From: Oikopleura dioica
Lineage: Eukaryota > Animalia > Chordata
Reading direction: 5' to 3'
Assembly (NCBI GenBank): GCA_907165135.1
Contig: OU015567.1
Location: 15,190,001-15,254,000 of the forward strand
DNA: 64,000 bases
The position numbers and the translations under genes were made by a program. Below are positions 52,846 to 64,000 of the stretch, one piece after another (the stretch's first letter is position 1; each line of letters begins with the position of its first letter). Under the pieces are notes generated by a model. The model worked only from the letters and a program-made list of their open reading frames with translations, did not search any database and was not told where the DNA came from.

Positions 52846-54638
52846 ATGGGAGGAAGAAGAAAAGGTCGAGATCCAAATCATGGCAACTCGACCATGGTTA
52901 AAATGCGCAGATTTATGGTGCAGGTAAATTTTATCAAAATTTTTCTAGTTGGTACTTTTTCGTTTTTATGTTTACGTAAAAAAGGATCTTTGATTTTTGA
53001 GAGATCCAAAGATGGGCAGGGGTAGACAGAATTATTGCATAAAAAATATGCATGATGCCTATCATAAAAATATTCAAGAGGTTGCAATAAGTCTCAATTG
53101 GAAATAGGTGTCCCCTTTTTAAAGGATTTAAAATTCCTCAGAAAAGACCCCATTTTTAAGGTTTTTAAAACGACTGGGCTCGGCAACCTGCAAAGAAAAA
53201 AACTATAGCCAGAATATCTTTTAGACCCTGACTCAGGTTTTCTACACAGGCTGCCGAGCCCAGTGCCTCGGGTTTTTTGCAACAAATATCTGTTAAAAAG
53301 GAGACCCTAGGTACTTTGGAATCCGTTAAAAAAGGGGCATCTTTGAAGAACTTTCCCGTTGAAATGAGACCCTTTTTATTTTATAATCAAGTTTTCAGAC
53401 GAAAAAAGCCGAAATCACGAAGTACAAAGAACTGGACCCGATCATCCTGGCAAATCTTTGGACGCTGTGCCAAATCACCATGGCTAAATTGAAATTTCCG
53501 ATCGAAAAGGATAATAACTTGCCCTTCCCTTTTGCTTATTTATTGTTTTAACAGCTAGCTGTATTCGTTTTATTATCCGGGAAATAATTGCCTGTGAACT
53601 CGGGCGTTTCTACAACAAAGAATCTGTAATTGAGCTGCTTCTTGATCGACACACGCTCGCGGGCAAGTTTCCACCTGAGACGCACAAGAAATGCATGCAC
53701 ATTCGAAATATGAAGGACATTACTGAACTCACTTTGGTCATCAACCCAAATCACAAAAAGGAGCTCCAGCCAGTTACCATGTTGAATGGAACTTCTACAG
53801 TCGCTGGCACTGAAGATGGATCGCCTTATCACTGCCCAATTACGGGACTGGAGATGAATGGAAGATACAGATTCGTGTTCTTTTTGACTTGTGGTTGTGT
53901 TGTATCAGGTAGTTTTTCATCTACCATTTGTTCCCCTTTCGCCCACTACAGTCAAAAAGATATCAGTACAAAATATTGAATTTCAGAGCGCGCATATCAA
54001 AATGTAACCGATGGAATGTGCCCAAAGTGCGGCACTGCTTACGGAAAGACGGATTGCGTCGATATCAACCCAGTCGCCGAAGAGCGCAAAACCAGAGCTA
54101 AAGAAAACATGGAAGATCGACGACTTCGATTAAAAGAAGGTACAGACAATGAAATTTCTCTCGTCCTACTCCTTGATCTTCTTTTCAGCAAAAAGAGATG
54201 CAAAGTTGCGCGAAAAAGTAGGAGATGCGGGCGATGTATCGAAAGAAGATCACATTGCTGCGTGGCTGAGTACTGCAAATGCGGACAGAAGAGGATCCAG
54301 CAGCTCGTCGGTTGATACTGGCATTTCCGACACGCGAAGACTGTCGATGGTCAGTGCTCTAAGCGCAGGTGGATCAATCGGAGAAGCGGAAGATAAACAG
54401 GCACGAAAACGCAGACTTGAAGGTAAACGAGAGCTTGATCTCTTCATTATCACTTGTCTTTTTAGCTTGGGCTAAAGAAGAACGCCGAAAAAGCCTGGGC
54501 GACGAGGAAAAGGCGAAGAAAATCCGCCTGATCAAAGAGCAACTGTTGAAAAAGAAACGCGCCCTGATTGCTGCCCGAATAAACGAAGAATCGTCCGACT
54601 CGTCAGATTCGTCCGATTGTTCTTCTGACAGCGATTAA
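52846..54638 (+). CDS. RTF2: Replication termination factor 2-like, copy A (intron-rich)
   Basis: WTLCQIT, IACELGRFYNKESVIELLLDR, YHCPITGLEMNGRYRFVFFLTCGCV, CPKCG; Ser/Asp tail. Confidence 0.88.
53174..53263. mobile_element. CTGGGCTC-family MITE copy in RTF2 copy A intron 1
   Basis: ctgggctcggcaacctg ... gaccctgactcaggttttctacacaggctgccgagcccag. Confidence 0.85.
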
Positions 54639-54855
54639 CTCTTTTGAGTCAAGTTCTGACTGCCATTTACATATTTCCCGATGAGAAATGCATAACGACA
54701 AACGATCGAGTATGCTTTCAGAAATCTGCTTTGCCGCGAATCTGGTGTACACTGACTAACTGAGCGAATTTGAAATCCTGGTGTCCTTTGTTCCCATTTT
54801 CCTTATTTCTTCAATTCCAAAGCGACTATTCATTTATCCAAAGCACTCATTTAAC

Positions 54856-54862
54856 TTTTCAG
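54856..54862 (+). promoter_or_regulatory. Putative trans-splice acceptor upstream of DHRS11
   Basis: ttttcag 11 nt before the ATG; similar AGs before SLC35B2 (57459) and LARP7 (~61997). Confidence 0.4.
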
Positions 54863-54873
54863 AAATTGATTCA

Positions 54874-55709
54874 ATGGAAAAGTTCGCGGGGACTATCGCG
54901 ATAGTGACGGGCGGATCTGCCGGCATTGGAAAAGCGTTGATAAAACGACTTTTGGATAAATCTGTGGATCTGACTGTGGTGGGACTTGCAAGAAGGCCAA
55001 TTGAAGAGTTCGCTTCATTCAGCAATTTTCGTGGTTTTCAATGCGACGTTTCCAAAGCAGATCAAGTTCAAGCCGTCATTTCGTCGATTCAGCGGGAGTT
55101 TCCTGGGAAATCTGTCCAGCTCTTAGTCAATAATGCTGGGCATGGAAAGCCTCTTCCATTGCTTGACCATTCTTCTTTGAATGACTCCTGTACGATCAAA
55201 GTGGATAGCTTAGAAGATGTCTCGTCCGTGTACGCATCCCAACTCAATACGAACGTCCTTGGGTTGTCTCTCATGACAAGAGCTGTAAGTTCGCCTCGTT
55301 AAAAAATGAATTTTCATAATTTCAGGTCTCAAAATTGATGGACCATCAAAAATGCGGCAACATCATCAACATAAACTCAATGTCCGGGCAGCGTGTCGTC
55401 CCAACACCGAATTCGCACATGTACTCAGCGACAAAGTTCGCCGTTACTGCTCTTACAGAAGGAACGCGCCAGGAGCTCCGTCAGATTAATTCGTCAATCA
55501 GAGCGAACCAGATCTCTCCTGGCTACGTGGATACTGACTTCTTCCAGGCATTCAGCATGGAGGAGGGATACCAGGAGAAGATGAAGGAGATTGTCAAGAC
55601 CGCCATCACTTCTGAAGACATCGTAAATTCGATCATGCTGTGCGTCGAGGCGCAACCAGGCTGCCAGATTGGAGATATTCAAATGCGCCCGACTGTTCAG
55701 AAGTTGTGA
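54874..55709 (+). CDS. DHRS11: Short-chain dehydrogenase/reductase, DHRS11-like
   Basis: VTGGSAGIG, NNAG, GNIININSMSG, YSATK, IGDIQMRPT; one intron ~55286-55325. Confidence 0.9.
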
Positions 55710-55870
55710 TCATTGACAAGCCATGAATGGCTTTTAATTTTTCATTTCACCGTGATTTTCTTGATTTTTAATTCTTTCTCTTCAATGATACGCCAATATT
55801 TCTCCATAGCGAATCAAAATCGAAATTCTGATATTTAGAATCGTAAATCGGTAAAAACTATCGCTCGAAA

Positions 55871-57194
55871 ATGGGGCGAGATGGTCTCGTTTTCGTCAAT
55901 GTCCGCAAGGACATCGTCAAGCTCAAGCGGAAGGCGAATCTGTCCGAAGCTGGCTTCATGGAACACGGAAAAGGAACAACGAATCGCTGGTCTCACTGCC
56001 GAATAACTGGGAGACCGCTTGACCGTCCCGTGTTCGACGAGTACGGCTTTTTGTACAACAAGGATTCAGTGATTGAACTTCTCATCGACCGGAAAAAGGC
56101 GACGAAAGCCGCAAGAGCTGCTGAAAAATCAGAAAAGAAGTCGAAGAAAAAGAAGCGAAAGGGACGATTGATGCTGAAAGACAACGCCATCCCAGCTGAA
56201 ATTCATAAGAACTCGGTGCACATCCGAGATCTGAACGATATCTGCGAGTTGCGAATCAAGCTGAATCCGAATTACAACGAAAATACAACCTACAACACCT
56301 TATCTCTCGGGCACGCAAACGCCAGTACAATCGAGCAGGGCTTTGTGAAACAGCCGAAATTTCTTTGCCCGATCTCTGATTATCCGATGAACGGGGCGAA
56401 ACCGTTCTTTGGGAACTGGAACTGTGGCCATTCCGTCTGCGAGGCGGTTTTAAAAGAAGTCGAATCTAAAACGGAAAAGAAGCAATGCTGCATTTGCGAG
56501 AAACCTTACAAACGTAATTCCTAGAATTCACAATTTCTTGAAGTAAAGACTCGTTTTAGCAATTGACCTAATCCGCATCAATCCAATCCACCCAGAGCAC
56601 AAAAAGAAGTCTCTCGAGCAATTCAAAAAGAAAAGAAAGCAACGACTCCTCAAATCGAAGCTGGATAAACAATACAAAAAGGTGTCCTCTTAAAATAACT
56701 CTTGTATTCATCAACGATTTTTAGGAAATGAAGCTGTTAAAAAATCGAGCTGTGAAGACGGAAAGAATTTCTTCTAGCGAAAGCGAGTACTCATCTGATT
56801 CTTCCGAGTCATCTTCGGATTCTAGTTCATCGGACTCAGATTCAGACTCTGAGCCCTCAAGTTCTCGGCCAAAGAAGATCAAGAAAGAGTTCAAAAAAGA
56901 AGAACCCAATGACGTTAAAATGGAGCCAATAGAGATTGACTCTGATAGCAATCAGATAGAGGTGGGTAAAAGATCTAAGGAAAAGAACTAAGAAGGAATA
57001 TTTTCTAGGTGCCATCAAGCGGGGAAGAAAACGAAAGGAAAGCAAAGAAAGAAGCCGACTTCCAAAATTTCCTCGAAAGAGAAAAGAGCGCCCGAGCAAA
57101 ACTCGCCGCGATCGAAGCACTGATACGCAAGAAACAGTTCAAAGAGAAAAACCCGGACCCGGGAAAGCCGATTGTCCTCAGCGACTCCGATTAG
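55871..57194 (+). CDS. RTF2: RTF2-like, copy B (long first exon)
   Basis: MGRDG, WSHCRITGRPL, GFLYNKDSVIELLIDR, FLCPISDYPMNG..F..NWNCGH, CCIC; Ser/Asp-rich tail. Confidence 0.8.
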
Positions 57195-57459
57195 ACTTTC
57201 TTTTCTCTTCTGTTGCATCTTTTATTATGCTCATTATTCTTGGCCCTACTCGTTATTCTTTCCCTTATTGTTCACCGCCACTTTATTTTGGCATTATTTG
57301 CAACCAGATATCTTCATTCCGCTCTTTTTACCTATTTTTTCAATCTCACGAGACTTTTTAAAAGACCTAATAAGCCACATCTCCAATTTTTTTCTTCTTT
57401 TTCCTGTTCAAGGTGAAAAATTTTCCCAAAAAAAGAATTCTCATATTCCTGCGATTCAG

Positions 57460-60400
57460 ATGTTGGGAGTGGGGCTTTTATTCCTGATCCAAGCTGTTAT
57501 GGCGCAGGAGGACTCAACAACAGAGAGCTTCTGGGTATTTCGTCTGGCGACGAACTTGATGGGCTACGCTTCCATCATTGTTCCGGCGATCTTCCTCAAG
57601 CGTCATCTTGATAGCAGAAATTACAAAGGCAAGAGCAACACCAACCTTTTTGTTTTTATCTGTACGTAGATAGCGGATCCGGAGTCTTCTACCCCTACTT
57701 GGTCAACTTCTTCTACGGCAAGGACGTCCATGACATTGAACAAGGATCGAAAGATACTGTATCTCCGGCAGCAAAGCCACAAATGACCACTGTTCAAATC
57801 GCCATCAAACTTGTCTTTTGCGCCGGCGGTCTTTATGTAAGAAGCAACAACTATTTCCAATTTCATCTGAATAATTCTCCTAGTCTTCCTATTTGACCTG
57901 GGGTGTGCTTCAAGAGCGAATTATCACACGAAAATACGGTGCTAATGAGAACAACGAGGGCGGCGAAAAATTCACCGACTCGCAATTCCTCGTCTTTATT
58001 AATCGATTCTCCGCTTTCATCATCGCCGGAATCTATCTTCAAATGAAACGACAGCCCAAGCATGGGTAAGTTTTCTTTCTTTTATTGATCTTCGCTTACA
58101 TGTAATTGGCAAAAAATGATGAATTGGTTTTCTAAAGCATGAAATAAGCGGAAAGAGCGAGCGTAGTAGCAGACGCGAGGGTCACGGCAGCATCTCCAGT
58201 GATAGCTTCATTGATTTTCGTTTCCTCGGTTTCTCTTCTATACGCATCGCAGATAGCACGTGTCCAGCATCTGTTGAGAGCATTGGGCTCGGAGTTCTCT
58301 GCTTCAATACAGATCATGTCATCATCATTCGTAATTCTTGCGCAAGGATGCTCGACAGTCATTTTGACAACACCGCTTGTCTCGTCGTCAGACGATCTTT
58401 TTCGCCTAAATGGCTCGTTTGTTTCGATTCCATAAGTGCTGTAAATTGGATCGTATCGCCCTTGGCATGCAGAAGCTACCTCGCATGAGTACACACCTAG
58501 AAAACGTTTAATAGATCTTACTGTCACTCCAAATCTCTGGTTTACCGAAAGCAGGTGGCAAGCACGCATCGACAGTGCACTCGATCGACATCGTCAGCTC
58601 GCTTAATTTGTCAAAGTCCATGAAGGCGATTTGCCCGATTTTATCAAACGCAATCGTCTCACGAACCTTATCGAGGACTGTGAAGGGTGCATTCATCGAG
58701 CAACCGTTTTCAATGACATCGAAGCTCTCAGCCGCGTCTCCGTCGCCGAATGTGAGAGAGCAGGAACGCAAATGAGCGTATCGGTTGTCTGTCTTTGCTC
58801 GAACCTAGAATTATCTTAGAAATATGATCGATAACGGGTTTTTTACCTTGAACCAAAGCATGGGATCATCAAGCGAGTCAGGTGAGATATTGATTATTGA
58901 ACTGTCGGTAGTTTCCTCGCAGGATTCATCCGTGCATCTGAGAATCTCAAACTCGGTGGCGGCCTCGTCGGTGAGATTTGTGGAAAGACGATCTCCTTCG
59001 GCCAGGAGATCGGAATCGACCTTTCCCGACCGCTTGATTCGGCATTCGAAGTCGTGGTGAGCTCCTTTTCGGTAGACAACTTCTCGGGTCCCAATTTTGC
59101 CCACGAGATCGTCGTATCCGATCGTACCTTTCTTGGGCTATCATTTTGAGCGCTAGATCAATAGATCTCTGTTTTGATAAACCATTCCTGAGTAAATATC
59201 GTACAAGTTTTCATCATCAAACTCGACAAAGTGGTTGATTTGGCATTCATCCACTCCCTCCAGCGGCCCCCGGAAAATGAGAAAGTTTTCAGACTCATCA
59301 ACATGAAGACAGCTAGAGTTGGCAAAGGAAACTCCTTCTTCGTAAAAAGGGATGAGAGTTTGAAATCGGTTGTCTTCGATGTACTTGTGTTTGATAATCT
59401 TCGGCACTTGCATTTCGAACTGCGGTACGGTAGCGTCGTCCGAGGAGCATCGAAAGCTACTCATCCGTTGAATTTGCTCGAGAGGGACGCATTTGCGAAA
59501 GGTTTTTCCATTGAAGCCCTCGACGAGGACGCTTTCTTGGTTTTCGGGGCATTCCGTGACGCAGTGGTAGTCGCAAGGGTTGTTGATGGGATCGCTCTGG
59601 GCGCAGCTCTCGCCCAGTCCACGGCATCGAGCAGGCACTTTGTTTTCGCAGTCGATGGAGGCTTGGCATTCCTAATTGATAAAATATTACTGCGGGTCAT
59701 CTTTACTTTCAAGAAATACCTGATAGAGAGGTTCCACGAGCTCCATGATCGTCGGAAGTTTTGGGGTAGAATCGCTCTCGAGAAGAATTCCTTCATCAGC
59801 TGATTTCGACTCGACCTCAACTTGAGGTTCGACCTGAGGTTGCTCTCCTGAAGATTCTTGCGCAAAAACAGTAGTGAATAAAATTCCTGAAATTTTCATT
59901 TTGAAGATTTCGAAAAAAAAGTGATGGAATTTGGTCGATGGACAGGGTTTTATCGCATCCCTATAAAATTGCCTCGCGTGCGACTAATTCCATGCTATTA
60001 AAAGTGCTCCGTAATTAGGAGGGATGATTTTTCTCTTTTTTCGAAGAAACGTGTCATGGAAATAATAAAACTTTATCATCCACATCATCAAGGCTCGCCG
60101 AAATTCGAATAATCCCCTTTCTATTGCTTCTTATTTCCTCTAAAAACATGTTTAGATGCCCCTTCTACAAATATTCTTTCTGCTCACTCTCGAATATTCT
60201 CTCCTCTTGGTTCCAGTACGAAGCGTTGAAATTTGTTTCCTTCCCGACACAAGTGCTCGCCAAGGCCTGTAAAGTCATCCCAGTAATGTTGATGGGCAAA
60301 GTCGTGTCTGGAAACAAGTATCCACTTTTCGACTGGGCTACTGCTGCTCAACTGGGTGTTGGCACATCCATCTTCCTCCTCTCAAATCACGATGGTAAGC

Positions 60401-61069
60401 TTTCCACAATTTCCTCTCGTTAAATTCTTCTAAAGATTCTGGTGACGGAAGCACAACTACTTTTTCCGGCCTCTTGTGCTTGATGGGTTACATGGTTTTC
60501 GATTCCTTCACTTCTAACTGGCAATCCGAAGTTTTCAAGTACAAAATGAGCTCCATGGAAATGATGTTCGGCGTCAACGTCTTTTCATGTCTCTTCACCT
60601 CCTGGTCGCTTATTTCTCAAGGTACCAAATTTATTCAATTATTTCTTCTAATTTATTGTCTCAGGATCCTTTGCTGAATCACTTGGCTTCATGCTCCGAC
60701 ATCCAGACTTTACTTTCCACGCCGTTGTCTTGTCCGCTTGCTCAGGTAAACAGGATTAATGAAAATTTATTCTAACATTTACATTTTAAGCTCTCGGCCA
60801 GTTATTTATTTATTACACCATTTCTGAGTTTGGTGCCGTTGTTTTCACCATCATCATGACCACCCGAAGTGCTCTTGGTAAGCCATTTTTTCGGAATCAG
60901 CTATTTGATCTTCTTTCTAGCGATTATTTTGTCGTGCATCATCTACGGTCACCCAGTCAATGGCCAGGGCGCTTTCGGTCTCCTCGTTGCCTTCTCCTCT
61001 CTTGGTCTTCGAATTTGGTACAAAATGCAGCAGAAAAAGAAGGCCCAGCAACAAAAAGGTCCAAACTAA
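57460..61069 (+). CDS. SLC35B2: PAPS transporter 1
   Basis: [29 protein letters not shown]|[37 protein letters not shown]; 2.09-kb intron 58066-60155. Confidence 0.95.
58132..59899 (-). CDS. Secreted ZP-domain protein with furin site and hydrophobic (GPI-like) tail, nested in SLC35B2 intron
   Basis: Signal [13 protein letters not shown]; [28 protein letters not shown] pattern; RRKR; C-terminal [19 protein letters not shown]. Confidence 0.85.
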
Positions 61070-61135
61070 ATCCAGAAATTTGCCTGTATGTTAAGTAGAG
61101 ACACGGTGCTTAGTTTCGCTATAAACTTATGAGAT

Positions 61136-61222
61136 GGGCTCGGCAACCTGTGTAGAAAATCTGAATCGTAGGCCGAATGATCTTTCAGGCCCTGACTCAG
61201 CTCTTCTGCACAGGTTGTCGAG
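61136..61222. mobile_element. CTGGGCTC-family MITE copy
   Basis: gggctcggcaacctgtgtagaaaatctgaatc ... ccctgactcagctcttctgcacaggttgtcgag. Confidence 0.8.
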
Positions 61223-61639
61223 GTCAGCTTATGAGCAGTCATTATGTTGAGCATAATTGATTCTTATAACCGCGCAAATTTATAATACTGGCGATTGCTA
61301 TTTAGCTTTATCTGGATTTTCCGATAGAGCAAAACTGCTTTTTCTATAAAATATTTCAGAAGACAAAGTCCCCCTCCTTGCCGAGAACAAATAATTCCGA
61401 AGAGAAAGTAACACAAGTCTTCCGGAAACAAAATCTAGCTTTACTTCTTTAATTCTTATTCAACCCTATTTTCTGTGCAATAACACTATTCGAAAAACAT
61501 ATATTCAAAGATAATGATGTAAAAATCCGAAACGTGCCTTTCATACCTAGCTTGAATCGAGAAAATTCTGTTTGAATATTTTGTGTATTTTTCAATTTTC
61601 ACAAATAGGAAGTTCTATTGTTGATCTTATATTCACTGA

Positions 61640-61785
61640 CTGGGCTTGACAATTTGCATAGAGAACCTGAGTCAGAGTCCGAAAAGAACTGAAATCCTAA
61701 TCTATTTTGTGGCTTCTTTTTCAAAAAAGTCGCTACGGGGCTTTTCCTTTGAACTCTTTCAGGACCCTGACTCAGGCTTTCCGAG
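61640..61785. mobile_element. Degenerate CTGGGCTC-family MITE copy
   Basis: ctgggcttgacaat..agaacctgagtcagagtcc ... ggaccctgactcaggc. Confidence 0.65.
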
Positions 61786-61999
61786 CTCTTCACACAGATA
61801 GTTCTTGGTTTCTTAGTACATTTGCCTCTTTTAAAAATCATCTTCAACAAAAAAGTGTCTCCGATTTTTCACCATCATTCTGTTTTCTGTAAAAGTTTCC
61901 TTGCGACGTATTTATTCCCTGTACACCTAGACGATAAATAAACACATACCTATATAATATTTAATCAAACAAACGCTGAGCGAACCTCTTGCTTCAGGG

Positions 62000-64000
62000 A
62001 TGAACAAACCTGAGAATCGGAAACCGCGTTCGCGATTAAAAACCCTCGTCAAGAAAATAATCGCTCAGCTTGAGTTCTACTTTTCGGAGCCGAATTTGAG
62101 ACGGGATTCCGTCCTCCGTCGTTTGGCAGGGCCCAGTGGGACGCAGCCAGTTCCGATTGCCTTTATTCTTAGATGCAATAGACTCAAGCAGATAACGCAA
62201 GATTTCAACCTCGTCCGACGGGCTGCTTTTGTCAAGGGATCAGACAATCGCAAGATTGGCTCGGAAACCTGTGTAAAAACCTGAGTCAGGGTCTTGAAAA
62301 AGCTTCGGCATCTATTCTTCAAGCGATGTTGCTTCGTTTAAAAATAACCCGCTAGGGGCTTTTATCATCTTTTAAGACTCTGACTCAGGTTTTCTACATA
62401 GAATGCCGAGCCTAGGTCGCAAGCCTTCTATTTTTGTTAATATTCCTGTTAACGATCCCTCTATGCAGACAGTAAAATATTAAAGCTGGCAGATTTGACA
62501 GTGGAATATGATCAAGGAGGCATTTGTCGCGTCGATCCAATACCACCAAGTCCTCGTTCAATTCGCCACAAGACGGTGTTTATCGAGGGTCTGCCAAAAG
62601 ATGCCACTGTCGAATGGATGGAGGCTCTTGTCAAGGCACTCTCAGATTGCACCCCTTCATTCATAACGATCCCAAGGCACAAGAAGGGAAATGCCTGTGG
62701 GTATGCCTTCCTCGAGTTCAACTCGATAAAGCTCGCGCAAAAAGTCCACAGCGGTAAGCCTTTTTACGTATATCTGACGCGGTTAAAATCAATAAATATC
62801 ATTTTGCTAGCATTTTTTCCATGGAAGTCAACTAAGTTTAGATTTCAACTCGAAACGAGCAATGTCGACAGCGTTTTTGCTTACAAGTAATCGCCGAAAA
62901 CTCTTCCAAAACAAAATGCGCGAAAAACAGTCGAGTATCTTGGAAGAAGACATTCCGATCCCTCCTCCTTGTTTGAGATTTCTCCCAGAGGATGAAAGGC
63001 TTCGCCGGAAACCAAGAACTCCCTTGGTAGAGGTACAGTCAAATAACCTTCAACGAGATGACGCGAAAAATACAGCTGAATTGCCAAAAACCCAGACTGA
63101 AAAGCAGATGAGTATAGATGAAAATTATGTAGATATTCAACTTACTGACCAGGTAAACGATATTAATCTGAAAGTTTATCATTTTAAAAAGCCGGAAATT
63201 CCGACTGATCGAGTCTCCCGTAAAAGGAGAAGAAGTCCGAGCTCACAAGACTTGATTGACGGACTTGAGTGTCATCCGGTAAAGGAACTGAAAATCGACC
63301 CAGATTCGATTGAAGTGCAAGCAGAACCCGCAGAAGAGCATGAACTTATTATCCAGGAATCGAAAGAAACTCAAGATGCCGTCGAGCCCAGTGAACCCAC
63401 TCGGCCCATCTCGTTGTTTTTACGAGCAAGGCGAAATTCATTTCCCCCACTGTTCGGCTGTTACGCTCATCATGGACTGACCTATTGGCAGGGATACTAA
63501 AACACTTGCACGAAAACACTTTCAAATGTCGTACATGCATAACTTATGTAAACGATGGTCATTATCTCTCTAAATTATCGATGTGTGAGTTTTTAGTATC
63601 CAATAAAAGGGCTCCTGAACTTTACGCGTTTGAACAAGGAACGGTTTCGTCGAACCCGCCTGCCATATCCAACGGCCTGCATCAAGACGTCTTGATTCCA
63701 CCACAAAATGGAGGATCAGCGACTAAGTTGTCACAGCCTGAGCGCGAGCTTATCTCTACAGGCACCCAAACCGAATCAAGTTCTATCAACGAGCGCGTGG
63801 AGCATTTGCTGAAGTATGGGCGAAGTCAAGCAGAACAACTCAAATCGAGAAAGCGCAAGATCCCTTCGACAATCAGCGTCGTTCCGGCGAAGAAAAGACG
63901 GCGGAAAAGCCGCATTCGACGGAGAAACAAAGGAGTATCAAAACCTATCAATACACGAAATCGAAGATCAATGTCGAATTTGATCATTCCTTCCTGGGGA
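62000..64000 (+). CDS. LARP7: La-related protein 7-like (La motif + RRM); 3' end outside window
   Basis: IIAQLEFYFSEPNLRRD La motif; TVFIEGLP and GYAFLEF RNP motifs; basic central region. Confidence 0.8.
62258..62412. mobile_element. CTGGGCTC-family MITE copy in LARP7 intron 1
   Basis: ggctcggaaacctgtgtaaaaacctgagtcagggtc ... gactctgactcaggttttctacatagaatgccgagcc. Confidence 0.85.

Overview
Compact, AT-rich eukaryotic DNA with many 35-100 nt introns, apparent non-canonical G[A/C/G]-AG introns, short intergenic spacers and AG acceptors just upstream of start codons. This style fits the appendicularian tunicate Oikopleura (inference; no marker gene proves it). Recognisable genes: Rad21/Rec8 kleisin, an atypical RERG/RASL GTPase with ODF3 nested antisense in an intron, a DEG/ENaC channel, PHKA, CDKL1-like kinase, an RTF2-DHRS11-RTF2-SLC35B2 same-strand cluster with a ZP-domain gene nested antisense in SLC35B2, and LARP7 (runs off the end). 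Also several secreted Cys-rich or ZP-like lineage-specific genes and many DNA-transposon derivatives. Best leads: (1) a palindromic MITE (CTGGGCTCGGCAAC termini) whose ends coincide with splice sites, including three consecutive introns of a DDE transposase gene, i.e. Introner-like intron creation; (2) a 3.76-kb TTAA-flanked, GG-terminated (Kolobok-like) element containing that spliced transposase. All exon models were read by hand and need RNA confirmation.
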